Shown: positions 37,001 to 50,986 of the stretch, piece by piece | Position numbering within the stretch: the first letter of the stretch is position 1 | How the letters are laid out: every line of letters begins with the position of its first letter | Assembly (NCBI RefSeq): GCF_009834535.1 | Contig: NC_045696.1 | Coordinates: 49,788,001-49,852,000 of the forward strand | DNA length: 64,000 bases | Direction: 5' to 3' | Origin: Camelus ferus | Taxonomy: Eukaryota | Translations under genes and position numbers: made by a program | The notes under the pieces: model-generated | Told to the model about the DNA's origin: nothing | Database searches by the model: none | The model's input: the letters and a program-made list of their open reading frames with translations, nothing else

Positions 37001-37919
37001 ATGGGAGAAGGTATTCCAGGTGAAGGATGAAGCATGAAACAGAGACAGAAAACAGTCTATTGTAGGAACAGCAAATTGATGAGTTCGGCTAAAACACTGT
37101 TTTATAAAAGGAAATGATAAAAGGTCGAGATCTGAAATGATCAAAATATAAAGTTCTAAAAAAAAGTCTAAAGCTCTGAATTTTTGTATGTCATAAGGAG
37201 CCATTGAGGTTAATGCCATATCAATATAATGTTTCAGAAGAAGCCTGACAGGTATGAAGTAGGTCCATTTGGAGAGAGAACAGAGTCATAGAGACACAGT
37301 AAGGAGGCCACTGTGATAGGCTGGGTTTAAGGTGACAAAGACCTGCACCAAGATGCTGGTCCTCCCAAATTGAAGAGAAAGGGATGAATGTGAGAAGAAA
37401 TGAGAGAGTGAGTGAGGATGCTGCAGGACAGGTAGTGTTCTGTACCCTGGAAAAACAAAGTTGATTAGGACAGTCTGCCCTTAAAGAACTGATACTCCAG
37501 TCAGAGAGAGACAAATATTTAAAACTTGATTACAACACGCAATATGAAAAGTGTTAATTTAGTACATACAAAAGAAAGTGACTAGTACTAAACAGCCTAT
37601 ATGTCAACGAAAATTCCTCAAAGTCGGTAACATGACTCAAAGGATGACTAGGAGTTTGAATAGGAAGAGAGGCTTTTTTAGGCGGTGGAAGAGCATGCCA
37701 AGGCTCAGTTAGGAACGGGCTTACCCAGGAATTGGGACTGGGGTTTAGGGCAATCTGCAGGCGTGGTGTGATGCTTCATGGTTTATTGAATTGAGATCAT
37801 GAAAGAGAGGTAAAGTTCACAGAGCAGACAGACTTTGAGCCCAGTGAACTAGGAAGTTGGAGGAGAAGAAAACCAAGTGGACGGGCTAGTGATGATAACT
37901 TGATTCTGGACTTCTCTTT

Positions 37920-38665
37920 TCCTTCCATTAACTCAGTAAATATATACCAAGTACTGTAATGTGCAGGGGACTGATCTAGGCACAGGGAAAGCAGTGGTGA
38001 GCAAAATCTGTGCCCATGTGGGTCTTCCATTCTAGTGTGGGAGACAAACCACGAACGAATAATCAAACATCATATATAATGTCAAGTAGCAGTATTTGCT
38101 AGGAAGAGAATAGAGCAGGGTAAGGAAATAGAAGATGACAAAAGAAGCACAACTTAGATTGAATGGCCAGAGGAGGCTTCTGGAGATGGAGCCAAAGTCC
38201 TGAATGAAGCGAGAGAGCAATGGGTGGATATCTGGAGGTAGTATATTCCATGTGGACGGAGAAGCTGTTGTAAAACTTCTGAGGCAAGAACATGGGTGAT
38301 GTATTCCATTAACTTCAAGAAGGAAAGTGAGGATACAGTAGGGAAGGAGAGAACAGTAAGAAATGAGATCAGAGAGGTAGTTAGGGGCTAGAGGATGGTA
38401 AGGACTTGGGATTTTACTTAAAGATTTATACAAAGCCTTCAGAGGATTTGCACAGACATGATTTTTGTTTTAAAAGGATCACTGACAGCTATGTGGGTAG
38501 TAGACTATGAGGGTAAAAAATGGAAACAGATTTATTAGGAGACTGTTGCATTAGTCAAGAGAGAGAGAATAGTGACTTGGACCAGGCTGGCAGCAGTGCA
38601 GGAGGTGAGAAAGTGAGTGGATGTGGGAAATAATTTGAAGGTTATGCTAATAGGATTTGCTGAAA
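37920..38665 (-). mobile_element. L2 LINE fragment
   Basis: cattaactcagtaaatat...aaatgagatcagagaggta...ttttaaaaggatcact purine-rich L2 pattern; more L2-like sequence at about 36700-37440, 11330-11635 and 47300-47780. Confidence 0.65.
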
Positions 38666-38788
38666 TACATACTGACTTCACCACTGTAATATTTTTTAGG
38701 CATAATGATTAAAGTACTATCTTCCATAAAAATGAGAGAAGCAAATACATAGATATCTAAATATAGATAATATTTTCCCTTTTTCAAG

Positions 38789-38900
38789 GTTTGATTACTC
38801 AGGAATTGGAAATTCAGATGGTAACTTAGAAGAATGCACAGTGGGAAAATGGAGAAAAGATGTTCTGTCTGTAATTGATGAGTTAGCTGTAGGACCACAG
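38789..38900 (+). CDS. ABHD10: ABHD10 exon 3, [38 protein letters not shown]
   Basis: ttttcaag|G and CAG|gtaact; 112 nt; alpha/beta hydrolase FDYxGxGxS motif. Confidence 0.96.
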
Positions 38901-39295
38901 GTAACTTCTTAATTACGATACTTGTTGACTATAACTAATGATATTTGAGCTGTTTCTTTAGATATGAATATTTAATATTTTAAATGTTTAACAATCACTT
39001 TTTATATTTCAATATCAAATCAGTAAATCAGGTCTACCACTTTCACTTTCTCAAAAAATGTAAGTAGCATTTTACTTTTCATTTTACAAATTTTATTTGT
39101 CTAGTTTGCTTTCTATTATAGACCTAATACATTAACAAAAAGTAATCACGATTTTAATTTTACTTTGTGCCAAATATTAAAAGGCTGGGAGCCAGTGGAT
39201 ATAAGGGGAAAAACTATATACATTCTATGAAATGACTGACACCCCTACAGAAGAGAAGAATTCCTCTTTAGAACTGTGTGTATTTTTATTTTTAG

Positions 39296-39433
39296 ATCCT
39301 GGTTGGATCCAGCCTCGGTGGATGGCTCATGCTTCATGCTGCAATCGCTCGGCCGCAGAAGGTTGTTGCTCTTATTGGCATAGCTGCAGCTGTTGATAGC
39401 CTAGTGACACAGTTTAATCAGCTTCCTATTGAG
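39296..39433 (+). CDS. ABHD10: ABHD10 exon 4 with nucleophile elbow GSSLG (Ser152)
   Basis: tttttag|ATC and GAG|gtgagt; 138 nt. Confidence 0.97.
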
Positions 39434-40279
39434 GTGAGTCCCAGGCAACCTCGGTGTATCCCTCCTGTCCCTCTTCTGCTCCCTCTTTCTTTAAATTTTG
39501 TTTGTGTGGCACCCGTCCTTTGACTTGTGTTGACCCATCTTTTGTGTTAGCTGCCTTTTAATGTATGGTCTCTTCACTGCCTTTAAGTATTTAATCTCTT
39601 GTTTAAGGTTTCTTTTTCTTCACAGTCCCTTCAAATCATTCTGCCAAATATTGGAGCCACATTAATGAAATTACACTTTAAATTCCTTGTTTTAACAGCA
39701 TTTCTTTATTAATCACATTTATTTCTTTGGCTCATTTTTTGTACCTCTTATTTTGTGGCTCATTGGAAATAGTACCTTTTCTTTTGACCATGTTAGACTA
39801 GCTAATCAATTATGAAACTTTTTTTTTTAACCCTGAAAGCCTGAGATCCTCTCTCAGCAGAGTTCTGCATGCATACACTATCCAGTCACATATAGGAGAT
39901 GAGATTTGTCATTTCTGGCTTAGACACTAAGTTGGCATTCTTTTTCTACCCTTAATTCTCACCTTTCAAAAAAAGTGCTTTTCATCATAAGCATGTTCTT
40001 AAGCAAATCATGATAGAAATGAGGTTTCTGAAATAACTGGAAAGGTGATTAGTTTATTATACTTTATTATTGGACATATGTTTAAGCACTAAAGTTGTCT
40101 GCAAGGATAAAGAAATAGTAAATAACAACTGTTTATTTCCGTGTCTGTTATTTTTTCATTTTGCAGTCAATTAAGTCCTCCTTGGGTATCTCTTTCCTAG
40201 GGATCTGAATTTCACCTGTGGGACTAAGATCCTAGCAGGCCTGAGGGACAGAAAGTAAAGAAAGAAAAACAGTCCAGAG

Positions 40280-40450
40280 CAGTGGTTCAAAAAGTGTAGT
40301 CCCCAGGCCAGTAGTGACAGCATCACCTGAGAACCTCTAGAAATCCATGTTCCTGAGCTTCGTTGAGACCTGGTGAGTCACAAACCAGGAGCATGACCCA
40401 GCAAGTGATCTGTTTTAAAAAGGCCCCCAAGTGAAGTTTGAGAACCACTG
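40280..40450. mobile_element. MER5A-like hAT-Charlie MITE
   Basis: Inverted termini cagtggttc...gaaccactg; 8-bp TSD gtccagag/ctctagag. Confidence 0.8.
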
Positions 40451-43434
40451 CTCTAGAGAGTGGAGGAGCAGGAGAAGGAGGAAAAGAAATAAAAAGAAGA
40501 AAGCATATGTGGTGTTGAATAGTAGCATGTCACTGACTTTTGCCTCAAGTTCTGCATTGAATCCAGGGCCATATACTATCTGTTCTAAGTTTATTATTAG
40601 TTCGCATTGTTCTTTCTAGCTCCTTAAGAAATGGCATTGTCTGCATAGTCAGGTTCTTCATATGATTTCATATCAGGGATAAAATTACAAATCTGGTCTT
40701 TCTTGCACTTATCTCTTATTTCTGAATTTCTTTTCACTTTCTTGATTGTTTCTCACTCATGCATAGTTATTCAGTCTCCTCATGATGCTAACATTGCATC
40801 TTTCTGCATCTAAACTTGTACCCCTTACTCTGTTCTTTAACTCAGTAATACAGTGCTCCTCATGGTAGTAAATTATTTCAAGAACATGGCAGATTGGAAA
40901 AGAACTGGGTAAACAATTTTTGGGGGGTCATTGATAAATGACAAGATCTGTGTAAATTTATTTTTATGTCTGTGTATCCATATCACTCAGAGGGAAGTTA
41001 TGATAGATACCCCTAAGTGACTGAGAAGATCTGTAGCCTGTAAATCAGGATATATCTTTGCTAATCCTAAATCAGACCAACAAAAGGTTCTTAACAGGAA
41101 CATGTTGAGCCCTTGTTAACTTGAAAGCACATGGAAGGAAAGAGCAGGGACTCTAGGATCACTCTCTCCTTCACACAGACAGCTAAAGCTTAACAAAGGC
41201 AAGGGAACAGAAGTGGAGATTTTTACCATCTTCTTTAGCCCTGAGAATGTTAAGACCCAGCACTACTCATTGTATAGGAGCTTGACTTACCTCTTAACTG
41301 ACTCTGATCATTGTCTCCTTCTTTGGACACTAGAGGGCGTCAGACAGGAGGCACAGCTGTTGGAATCCAAGCTTTACAGCCATATTGCCTTGGTAGTTTC
41401 TCCTTGGTGTACAACTTATGTATATTGTACATTTTCTTTGATCAATACTGTTTTTGCTATTTCTGAACTTTCTGTTTTTACGGCTTTAGGACATATAAGA
41501 TTTTGTAAAGTTAAGTTTGTTCTTCAAATGGACAGTATTCATTTGATGCAATAGCAGGTAACAGCTGGTTGGGGACAAGGACGCTTGAAATGCAACTATT
41601 ATTGTGTCTTAGTAATTAACATAGTTCTCATTTCATCTAATAACTAATGAAACTAAGTCCTATTACTGAAATTACAAATTCAAGAACAATCTTGAGTAGT
41701 TTGAGGATAACTGAATATCATTTTTGCTTTAAATATTTGGTTCACATGTTGCTTTAATGCAGAGAACCCCATGATATTAATGTAGGTTCATACATTTTAT
41801 AGTTTTTTAGGTTTTGAATTATTTTAAATCATTTGGAGATGGATATTTAGATGTATAGCTTTCAGATATACATCTTTTTCACTGAATCAGATCTTTCTGT
41901 AATTTTATAAAATATTTTAAAATGCCTAAATACATATAGATTATATCATATATTATTTTCCTATGTAAGTTCTTTTTTTCCTTTTATGTATTTCTAATAA
42001 ATCAACAGTTTTAAACATGGAAAAATCATATTTTTATTAAAAATTTAAAATACAAAATTTTAAAAATACATTGTTTGTAGCTTTTCTTTCCTTATATTTT
42101 TCTTTCTTTTTGATAGCTGTCCACCTGTTTTTCTAGACAGAAATGCCTCTCATATTATATGGTTGAAAGAGGCTTAAAGCTGTTTACATTTTGAGTTGTT
42201 GTTTCAAGTTGTGATCATCTTTCCAAAGAATTTATTATATACAGATAAACCTTTATGTTCAAAGAATTTTGTGGAAGTATTCAGCAGTGTGGGAATGGTC
42301 AAATTAATTATCTTAGATGGATTATGGTGGACAATTATGCAGTCTTTAAAAACTTTTAATAGCATTCTTTAAAATCCAGAAATACATATGTATTAAATAA
42401 ATAAAGCAGCATTGAAAACTACATATAAATTGTAACAGCTAAGAATTTTGCATATTTTATATATATAAAAACCAAACCAAACACATACAGAAAAATAATG
42501 GAAAGAAATAAACCAGAATATTAGTGGTTATTATATACATGAGATAGGATTATGATTTATTTTTATACTTTTTAGATTTTTCATGTTTTCTATAATGAGT
42601 ATATGTTACTTAAACTAGAAAGATTATTTAAGACAAATTATAAAGAGTAGAAATTCTTCAAGAATAAAAGGATCCCCAGTGTTTCATTTTAAGAGCAGAA
42701 ATGATATTATTGCTCCGTTTTCAGAAAGTATTTAGAAGACTTTTTTGTCATTCAAAACAACAAATTTTTTCTCATTCCAAAAGACTCTGAAAGGCAAAAA
42801 CTACCCTTTTTTTTTTTTTTTACATTTAGCCTAAAATTGGGTGTGTATAATTGCCCCAGAATAACCACTGTCTTATTTTTCATTTTTAGTTTCGTGCTTG
42901 ATTCTTCTCCCCCTCCCCCCACCACATCCTCTATTTTAGTAACTTCTCCTGTAGGCTAATTTTAGTTTTATGGTTTTGAAATCTGAACAATTTTTATTTC
43001 TAAGGTTTGATTTTATGTTAGATGAATGCTACCTGAACTTACTCCAGGGAATTATTGTACTTTGCTCCCTTCATTTTCCTTTTCAGTTGGGGTGAAGCAT
43101 CACCTGATTGAAGATGTTACATGATAAAGTTAGTTAAATCTAAGTTTGAATCCTAGCCACAATAGTTATTGCCTTTTAACTTGGAACATTTAACTACTCT
43201 GTTTAATATCCTCTTTTGTAAAAATGAATAACAGAATTATTATCAGGATCTTATGAGATACTGCATGTAGAATACTTACCACAGTTCCTTGCACAGAGTA
43301 TTTAATTTTTGATAAGGATCATTGTTACATGTTAGCTCTTTTCTTCTTCTTGAAGAACTGCTTTCCTTAGCTTAAGACTATTGCATGTGTTAATGTTGCA
43401 TAAATACTTTTATCTTCCTCATTTTCCCCAATAG

Positions 43435-43779
43435 ACAAAAAAGGAAATAGAGATGAAAGGCGTGTGGTCCATGCCATCAAAATACAGTGAGGAGGGAGTT
43501 TATCGCGTTCAGTACAGTGTCGTTAAAGAAGCTGAGCACCACTGCTTGTTGCACAGTCCTATTCCCGTGAGCTGCCCCGTCAGGCTGCTCCACGGCATGA
43601 AGGATGACATCATTCCGTGGCAAACGTCCGTGCAGGTTGCTGACCGGATAGTCAGCACAGATGTGGACGTCATCCTCCGAAAACACAGCAATCACCGAAT
43701 GAAGGAAAAAGCGGACCTTCAACTTCTGGTTTACACTATTGATGACTTAATTGATAAGCTTTCAACTGTAGTTAACTAG
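43435..43779 (+). CDS. ABHD10: ABHD10 exon 5 (Asp249, His279), ends ...DKLSTVVN*
   Basis: ccaatag|ACA; 345 nt including TAG; summed CDS 921 nt = 306 aa. Confidence 0.97.
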   Translation, partial: TKKEIEMKGVWSMPSKYSEEGVYRVQYSVVKEAEHHCLLHSPIPVSCPVRLLHGMKDDIIPWQTSVQVADRIVSTDVDVILRKHSNHRMKEKADLQLLVYTIDDLIDKLSTVVN

Positions 43780-44105
43780 GATCACATTTTTAGTTGCTTG
43801 GAAACTAAAGGACCCAGAAGATTGGCAGAAGGATGATAGATGAAGGACCCTGATGGGTAGAAGGTTTTTCCTCTTATCCCTACTTTGTAAATATCATGTG
43901 GATATTTATGGAATGATGTATTTGCACACGTAATACAAATTGTGAAGAAAGTACAGCTGCTACTTAGAAAATTTTCTCCTTCCTTCAATCTTTGATTTTT
44001 TTTTGTCATTAAAGTATGTCCTATTTTTGTATTCAAGAGATGTTTACCTTGTAATGCTTATGTTTACTGTGCCAGCTCTTGTGTTCTCTTCTAGTTAGAA
44101 TTCCT

Positions 44106-44111
44106 AATAAA
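44106..44111 (+). terminator. Probable ABHD10 polyadenylation signal AATAAA
   Basis: Hexamer about 330 nt after the stop, followed by a U/GU-rich element (tttttttgtttatgtttgg). Confidence 0.65.
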
Positions 44112-44933
44112 GCTTGATTTTTTTTGTTTATGTTTGGTATCATTGTATACAGAGATATGTAAAATTACTTCTGATTTTAAAATGCAGCTCACAAAATATA
44201 GGAAAAAATTTATTGAAATAAATCTGAAATGATGAGAGAAATGTCTGAAGCATAATAAATTTTTAAAAAACTATTATTTTATATAGTCTGCATGTTATAT
44301 TTGAGCTTAAAATCAAGGTTATTCTATTTTAAGGGCTCAAAACTTTATAGTAATATAAAAGATATTTCATTTCTAAATTTTGGCTTATATGTTATGCAGT
44401 TAAATGAGGGAGCTTAATCTTAAGTGATGATATAATATTCCCATATTTGGATTTCACATTCCAAAAGAGGAAATTAATCTTTATATATTATTACCTACTT
44501 GCAGGACATTCCTTTTTTATTAATATGTGCTTTAAGTGCAAAGAGCCAAGTGACTGCCATCTAAATCAGAGGGCTTTCTAAAATGTAGAGATAGTAAGAA
44601 AATATGAAATGGAAATACAAAGGCTTTTTTTAATACCTAAAATAAGCTTGTGTAGTAATCAGTCTTGATATTATTGAGTTTGTGTCTCTAGGCTTTTAAG
44701 TTTGACTGGACTTTATTCAGCCTGCTTAGGTTACATCTGTCAGAGTAAAACTTTCAGTTGACAACACATCAAACACATTACATATGCATATATATATATA
44801 TATTTATATATAATGGGCATGTGTTAAAGATTTCTTTAACTCATTAATAAGGGAGCAAGCAGATGGTAAACCTGGATCCAAGGACAATTCAAGAAGCATT
44901 CATAGGTATTGAAGAATGTTGGGATAAAATTCC

Positions 44934-45491
44934 TGTGCAGAAAAGAGTTAACATAGCAGAACTGACCACTTACCCTCAGAGAGACCTACTTACCAGGTTT
45001 CCCCTTGGCTGGCATCTGGGAACTCGGATTTTAGGAGTGCTCCACAATCCCAGAACTGGTCAAAGTGGTTCACGGCGCCTACACTGTCTGTACAAACAAT
45101 ATGGTTTGTGCTGGACAAATGTTTCCTTCTGTGAGTCTGGAGATTTGGCAGGTGCCAGGCGGAGACTACCTAAGTGACCAGCTCCCAGTAAACACCCTGG
45201 GCACCAAGTCTCCTAACAAGCTTCCTTGGTGGGCATTCCTCACATGCTGGCACAACTAACGCCTTGCTGAGGGAAATAAGCTCCACCTGTGTGACTACTG
45301 GGAGAAGATTCTTAGAAGCTTGCGCCTCGTTTCCCTGGACTTTGCTTCATGTGTGTTTTTCCTTTTCTGAGTTTGCTCTGTATCATTTCACTGTAAGAAA
45401 TCATAGCTGTGGGTAGAACTATATGCTGAGTTCTGAGAGTCCTCCAAACAAATTGTCACACCTGGGGCTGGCCTTGGGGACACCTGACACA
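44934..45491 (+). mobile_element. Solo ERVL-class LTR (MER68-like)
   Basis: TG...CA ends, about 560 bp; starts tgtgcagaaaagagttaacatagcag like the recalled MER68 consensus; degenerate 5-bp TSD attcc/catcc. Confidence 0.78.
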
Positions 45492-45769
45492 CATCCAAAG
45501 CAGATTAATATCCTACAGGGCAATAAAATACAACCTAGGAGTTATCTTCTATATTGAACAAAAATCACTTACAAACCAAAAATACACAAACCGTCTTCGA
45601 GCGGGTTGTGGAAGGATGGCAGGGTGGTTCAAGGGCGGACGCCATCCAGACACTGACAGGCACGATTAGAAAGATGAAGCAGAAAGGGCCCCTGTCCGTG
45701 AGAGTTTTCTAGGGGTAAACATAATTATAATAAGGTGTGATAAGTATGATTAGCGACTTACAGTACATC

Positions 45770-45970
45770 TGTAGAGGCAGTACATACAGTGGTTAAAGAC
45801 AAAGACCCTAGTGTTTGGGTTTCAGTCCTGGCTCACCATTTACTAGCCCTGTGACAGCCATTTACTTAACCTCCCTGAGGCTTCTTCATCTGTAAAAGGC
45901 CATAATATAAACCTATATCATAAAGTGTAAGGATTAAGCACAACACATTTAGCACAATGACACATGGGAG
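45770..45970. mobile_element. MIR SINE
   Basis: tcctggctcaccatttactagc...ttacttaacctccctgag...catctgtaaa. Confidence 0.65.
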
Positions 45971-46803
45971 TCACTACCTTTTCACTTGTATTTTTTAATA
46001 TGCACAAGCACAGTCCACTGAGAAACTGAAAGACACAGTTCATGGAGGTTTAGGAAGGAAAGTGGACGCAGGCAAGTGTGCAGCAGGGCTTCTAAAGCTG
46101 AACTGGATTGGACCTTCTTAACTTCAAGACCCCAAATTGGAATATTAACTGTATGATATCCTTTCAAATGCCCAACAGCTAGGAAAAGGGAGGGGGAGGA
46201 TCTTTCATTGTCTAAAGATAAGAAAAGCTGTCTTAAATTTTAATTTTGCTTTGCAGAGGTTAACATCACAAATTCCAAATGAGTTTGAAGCAGTGAGATT
46301 TAGTGTATTCTAGGACATTGTTAATTACTTTACTGTTCCTTTCTACTTTCTCCCAAAGCTCTTTTTTGTCCTAAAACCACTCCATGCCATAGATTCAGTG
46401 ACATGGAAAATGCTTGAAAAGCCAGCAGCCCAGAGTGCCTCTGGAACTCCAGCATTGACTTAAAAACGACATGAACCCTCTAAACAGTCTCAGCACATGC
46501 TGCGGAAGGTGATGAAGCCAATGCCCACGAAGGGGAAGACTAGTGAGGCCACAAAATACATTTGCTTTGGCAGCATCTGTTGAGCTTGGAGGCATTTCCA
46601 GACTCAAATCTACACAGTATGCTCTTCTCTGAGCAGCCAATAGAAAGTTCTGTGAGTAGGAGCGGAGGAAAAGAGCTTCAGGCAAGGCTGAGTTTTATAA
46701 AGCACAGAGATAGAGAGCAAGGAGAACATTGCTTGCAAGATAGCCGTTCTGGAGGGAGTGCCCAAAGGGGATGTGTCGAATTTTCATTACATTTGAAACT
46801 GTC

Positions 46804-46828
46804 AAAAAAAAAAAAAAAAAAAAAAAAA
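46804..46828. repeat. Poly-A run (about 25 nt)
   Basis: Direct reading. Confidence 0.9.
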
Positions 46829-47794
46829 CACCCAAAACTAATTTCCTAAAGAAAGAAGGGCAGGATTTAGACATAGCTTTTTAAAATCCCCTTTAATTAC
46901 AGATCTAAGGTAACTTTTTAGTTTAGAAGCATCATCATGTAGTAGGTATGATTTGATTTGATGAAAAGATGTTATGTGTTGGTGCATTTAGAGAATATAC
47001 CTAGAAAAATGCAGGAAATTGTTTTTAACCAAATGTGTCTTTTGAGGAAATTATCCTTCCCAGATGGACTCTTTTCTTGGGCTTTCAGATTTTTACTGAC
47101 AGATAAACTTTTACTAGAAAAGAAGCTCAAATCTTAGCTTTTCAGTAAAGCCTTTCCTGACTCATCCTCATCTCTCTGTCCAAGAATTTTGTCGCTAGGT
47201 CCTCTGTGCTCTCCCATGAACAGCACTCTGCTCACGCCTTTTTGATAGAACTTACTGCTTTGAAATTGTGTTTAGATGCCAACCTCCCTCTCTCAAAGGA
47301 CCATTGAGATCAGGAGCTTTGTAGTGACATTGTTTATCCCCAGGCATCCCTGACATGCTCCCTCTTCTCCTTACCCACCTTGTAATGTTCATATTCCCTC
47401 CGCTCCAGCCTCGCCACGACTCTCACGCTGCTTCCTCACCTTGAGCAACTTCACCCACGCTCCTGGTTTTAATTGCTACCTGCATGCAGATGATTCAAGT
47501 ATGTTCCTGTACTCCAGACTTTTCTCTTAAGCTCCAGATGCATAAAACCAACTGCCTAATGACTGAGATTGACAGTGGCAGCCCTCCCAAATGCAATAAG
47601 CCCTATTATCTTTCTGCCTTGATCTCCCCTCCACCTATCAGTCCCCTTACAATAAATGTATAACCCCTGTTATACAAGTCCAGGCTGTGAGTCATTCTAA
47701 CCACTTAACCATCTCCTTTTCCTTCGCCCAAATCAGATCTGATTGTTCTCTTTCCCTGTGAAAACACTCAAACTCTTTTGCACAATACATTAAG

Positions 47795-48190
47795 TCTGGT
47801 GGCAAGGCTAGTAAATATTTAACAACTATCTTCCCAGGGGGAAAAAAAGCCCAGATTTATAACGTTTGCCAAAATCTATGGCATAAATATTCCCATCATA
47901 GCTGATTTCAAGCTGCCACAGTGACATCACTGAACACAAGGAAGCTGGAAATAAACAACCAGTAGCCCATTATATAGTATATACACAATATAGAGACAAT
48001 AAACATAAATATGTTTAAAAACATGGGAGATAGTCAAATACAGCAAAATAAATTAGGCAGTGACTTTTTTGTGATATAATTTATTCAAATATAAATTTAC
48101 ATCATTTAATTGCTTATGGTGGCTGAGTTTAACAACTGGCTTTCAAAATTCCTGAAAATTTAACCATGGACACTTGCAAGCACACTATTT
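47795..48190. mobile_element. MER63-like hAT element
   Basis: gtaaatatttaacaac...gatttcaagct...gtgacatcactga...aaaattcctgaaaatttaac. Confidence 0.6.
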
Positions 48191-48289
48191 GAAGATCTGT
48201 AGCCTGCCTGACATTCCAGCTATAGTTTTCCTTCTGTGTGGCTCTTCCTTTTAACCCTTCCTTCGTTGACACTAGAATATTTTTACCTT

Positions 48290-48362
48290 TTTTTAAAAAA
48301 TTGAAGTATAGTTGATTTACAAAGTTGTATTAGTCTCTGGTGTACAGCATAGTGATTCATTT
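48290..48362 (-). mobile_element. Short L1 3' end fragment
   Basis: ttgaagtatagttgatttacaa...ggtgtacagcatagtgattca; a similar remnant lies at about 13462-13516. Confidence 0.65.
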
Positions 48363-49899
48363 ATTGTTTACAAGTTTAATTTGCTACTAGACCATGCTGT
48401 CATGTCTCATTCATTCTATTTTTTAATCTCAGATACATAGACCCTTTAAAAAATTGTTGAAATAATTAACTATAATATTAAAAGGCATTCAGGAAATGGA
48501 AAATTGAGCCAATTTCCACTGTCAGTCCCCAGGGGATCAAGCGGTTTTTTTCTCTAAAGACTTCCTGTGGATTTTTGGACACTTCTAACCTATGCCTTGC
48601 ATGGACACCCCTCTTTGCCACTGTATCCTCTCCAGAGCCGTGATTTTGATCATTCACTTACAGCACCCCACATATTTTGTTACAATGGGAAAAAAACCTC
48701 TGGGTACAAAAATCTGTAAAACAGTCTGGAAAAAAAAAGGGGGGGGGAGGCAAAGGTACATCTTTTAGAATTGTTTTTGGCTTGAGATAACAAACTGACA
48801 TCTCCCCCAGAGCAATTCCAAGCCAAGGAGGAAGTAACATGCTTTCTGTCTGGGTCTCTGTTTCCTTAGTCCCAGGTTAGAAGTGACCTTCTTGCGGCCA
48901 CCCAAGATGCAGCTGAGTGACTTCTGAAATTCTGCTGACAATTTCCCTGCTCTAAACTCCTCCCTTCAGCTCCAAACCTCCAGAGCCAGCTCTGCTCTCT
49001 TCAGAGCTTCCTCACGATTCCAGGCAGCATCCAGGCCCACCCTTCGCCAGCCCTTCGCCAGCCCTTCTCATGCTTTTTCCTAAACCTTCTGCTCTCCTCA
49101 AATCTCTGATTCTCTCATGAGCATTTGTTTTTTACAGCATTCTCTCTCTTGTGCCTTCAGCTACTGACCGCTAAGTCTTTTCTCAGGCAAACCACCCACA
49201 TATCTACTGAGTAATTAAATTTTCTCAAGTCCAGGTCCCAGCCGGCAGGAGATTTTTCTCAATACATGTATTATTTGGGGTCATTTCCTGCATAGCTTCT
49301 CATCAATTTCCCACAGGGAGAAAAATCACTATCCCATGTCCTAGAATTGTTTGTGCTAATGTTCCTGAATCAATTGATCATTCTTTTCTCAAGGAAAAAA
49401 ATCATTTTATTTCTCTCCAGTATAATACTTGGCAGAGTTAAGTGCTCAAAAAAAAAAAAGAGAAAATGTTGAATGGACCAAAGAACAAAATGTGTGGTGT
49501 TTTTCTCATGAAAATTACCCAGAGACTTAGACAACACCAACAAGACTCAATCTCTACCCCCAAGCATGTTACAGTCTGGGAAGACAAACTGCCAAGCCCT
49601 CCAGCAGTTATAAAAATTTCAGGCCAACTTAGGTCTCATGATTTCTCCTGCGGTCTTGTTTGTTCGCACCAAACACTCAGTTCCCACGGACAGTGTGTCA
49701 GTTGTGCCTTCCTGGTCCTTAACTAAGATAAACAGATGCAATCGTTATGCTCTAACCAAACCTTTCGCTTCAAGAGTTCTTAGTGCATTGAGCTCCATGT
49801 AATTTATAAAATGTGCTCTCAGTGTCTTTTCGGTTAAAAAATTGTGTTAAAACGCTACATTCCTTTACTAAGTCAAACTGAGGCACAACAGTTTCCCAC

Positions 49900-50300
49900 C
49901 AGGATGGAAGTTTCTGGATCAAATCTGGTTGGCAGCTGAACAAGTTCATGGTTGCAGCTCTCAGCTCGGCCCCTCCCGCCCTGCCAGACAACTGTTCCCT
50001 CAAGGCAGGGGGAAAGTGGTTTGGCAAGTCCTGACAGATGGACAGCTGACACAATGGACCCTCCCCCAAACCCCATCCCCTGTGCAGCTGTGCTCTGGCC
50101 TGGTGTCCAATCGGCCGTCCCCCAGAGAAGGGGAAGGAATTGTGTGCCTGAGAAAGCAGCTCTCAGAGGGAGGGAGGCGGGCGGCCTTGACTGACATACC
50201 AGAGGGCTGGCTTTTTGGACGGCTCTTAGCAACGGCCCTGGTTTGACCCTCCTCAGCCATGAGAAAATCGAATCAGTGTACCATTCTTCCAGGCGCGATG
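49900..50300 (+). promoter_or_regulatory. TAGLN3 proximal promoter
   Basis: CCAAT 50107-50111, GC box near 50170-50183, E-boxes at 49933, 50035, 50043, 50085; GC/CpG content rises upstream of the first coding exon. Confidence 0.55.
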
Positions 50301-50451
50301 CAGCATCAGCAGCTCAACGTCCAGGGGGCCTTCCTCTCTGCGTGTTAATTACCAGCTCTTTCTCATCTCAGGGTTCCTGCCTTTGCAAAGTGCTCCGGAG
50401 AGGAGGCAAGAAAGAACACCACCCCGCCCCCTCGCTGCCTGGGGCTTGATC
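50290..50451 (+). other. TAGLN3: Probable TAGLN3 non-coding first exon (5' end approximate)
   Basis: Donor ATC|gtgagt at 50452; downstream acceptors tttgtag|50571 and cttgcag|50742. Confidence 0.5.
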
Positions 50452-50608
50452 GTGAGTCCTGGTATATCTGATAGGCGGGACTGAGAGGGGGGTTCCAGCC
50501 CCCCTGGTCCGGCAGGGGCTTTATTCTAAGAGTCACTGGCGCGTGGCTGCGCTTTTCTTTCCCGTTTGTAGGTGAAACCCCAGTGGCTTCATTGGCTCCT
50601 CGATTTAA

Positions 50609-50986
<378 letters not shown>

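Noticed and set aside
49040..49067. 11-bp tandem repeat cccttcgccag
   Set aside because: About 2.5 copies, ordinary slippage duplication with no context suggesting function
49660..49697. REST/RE1 site upstream of TAGLN3 (cacggacagtg)
   Set aside because: Only the right half-site matches; the left half is mis-spaced or degenerate
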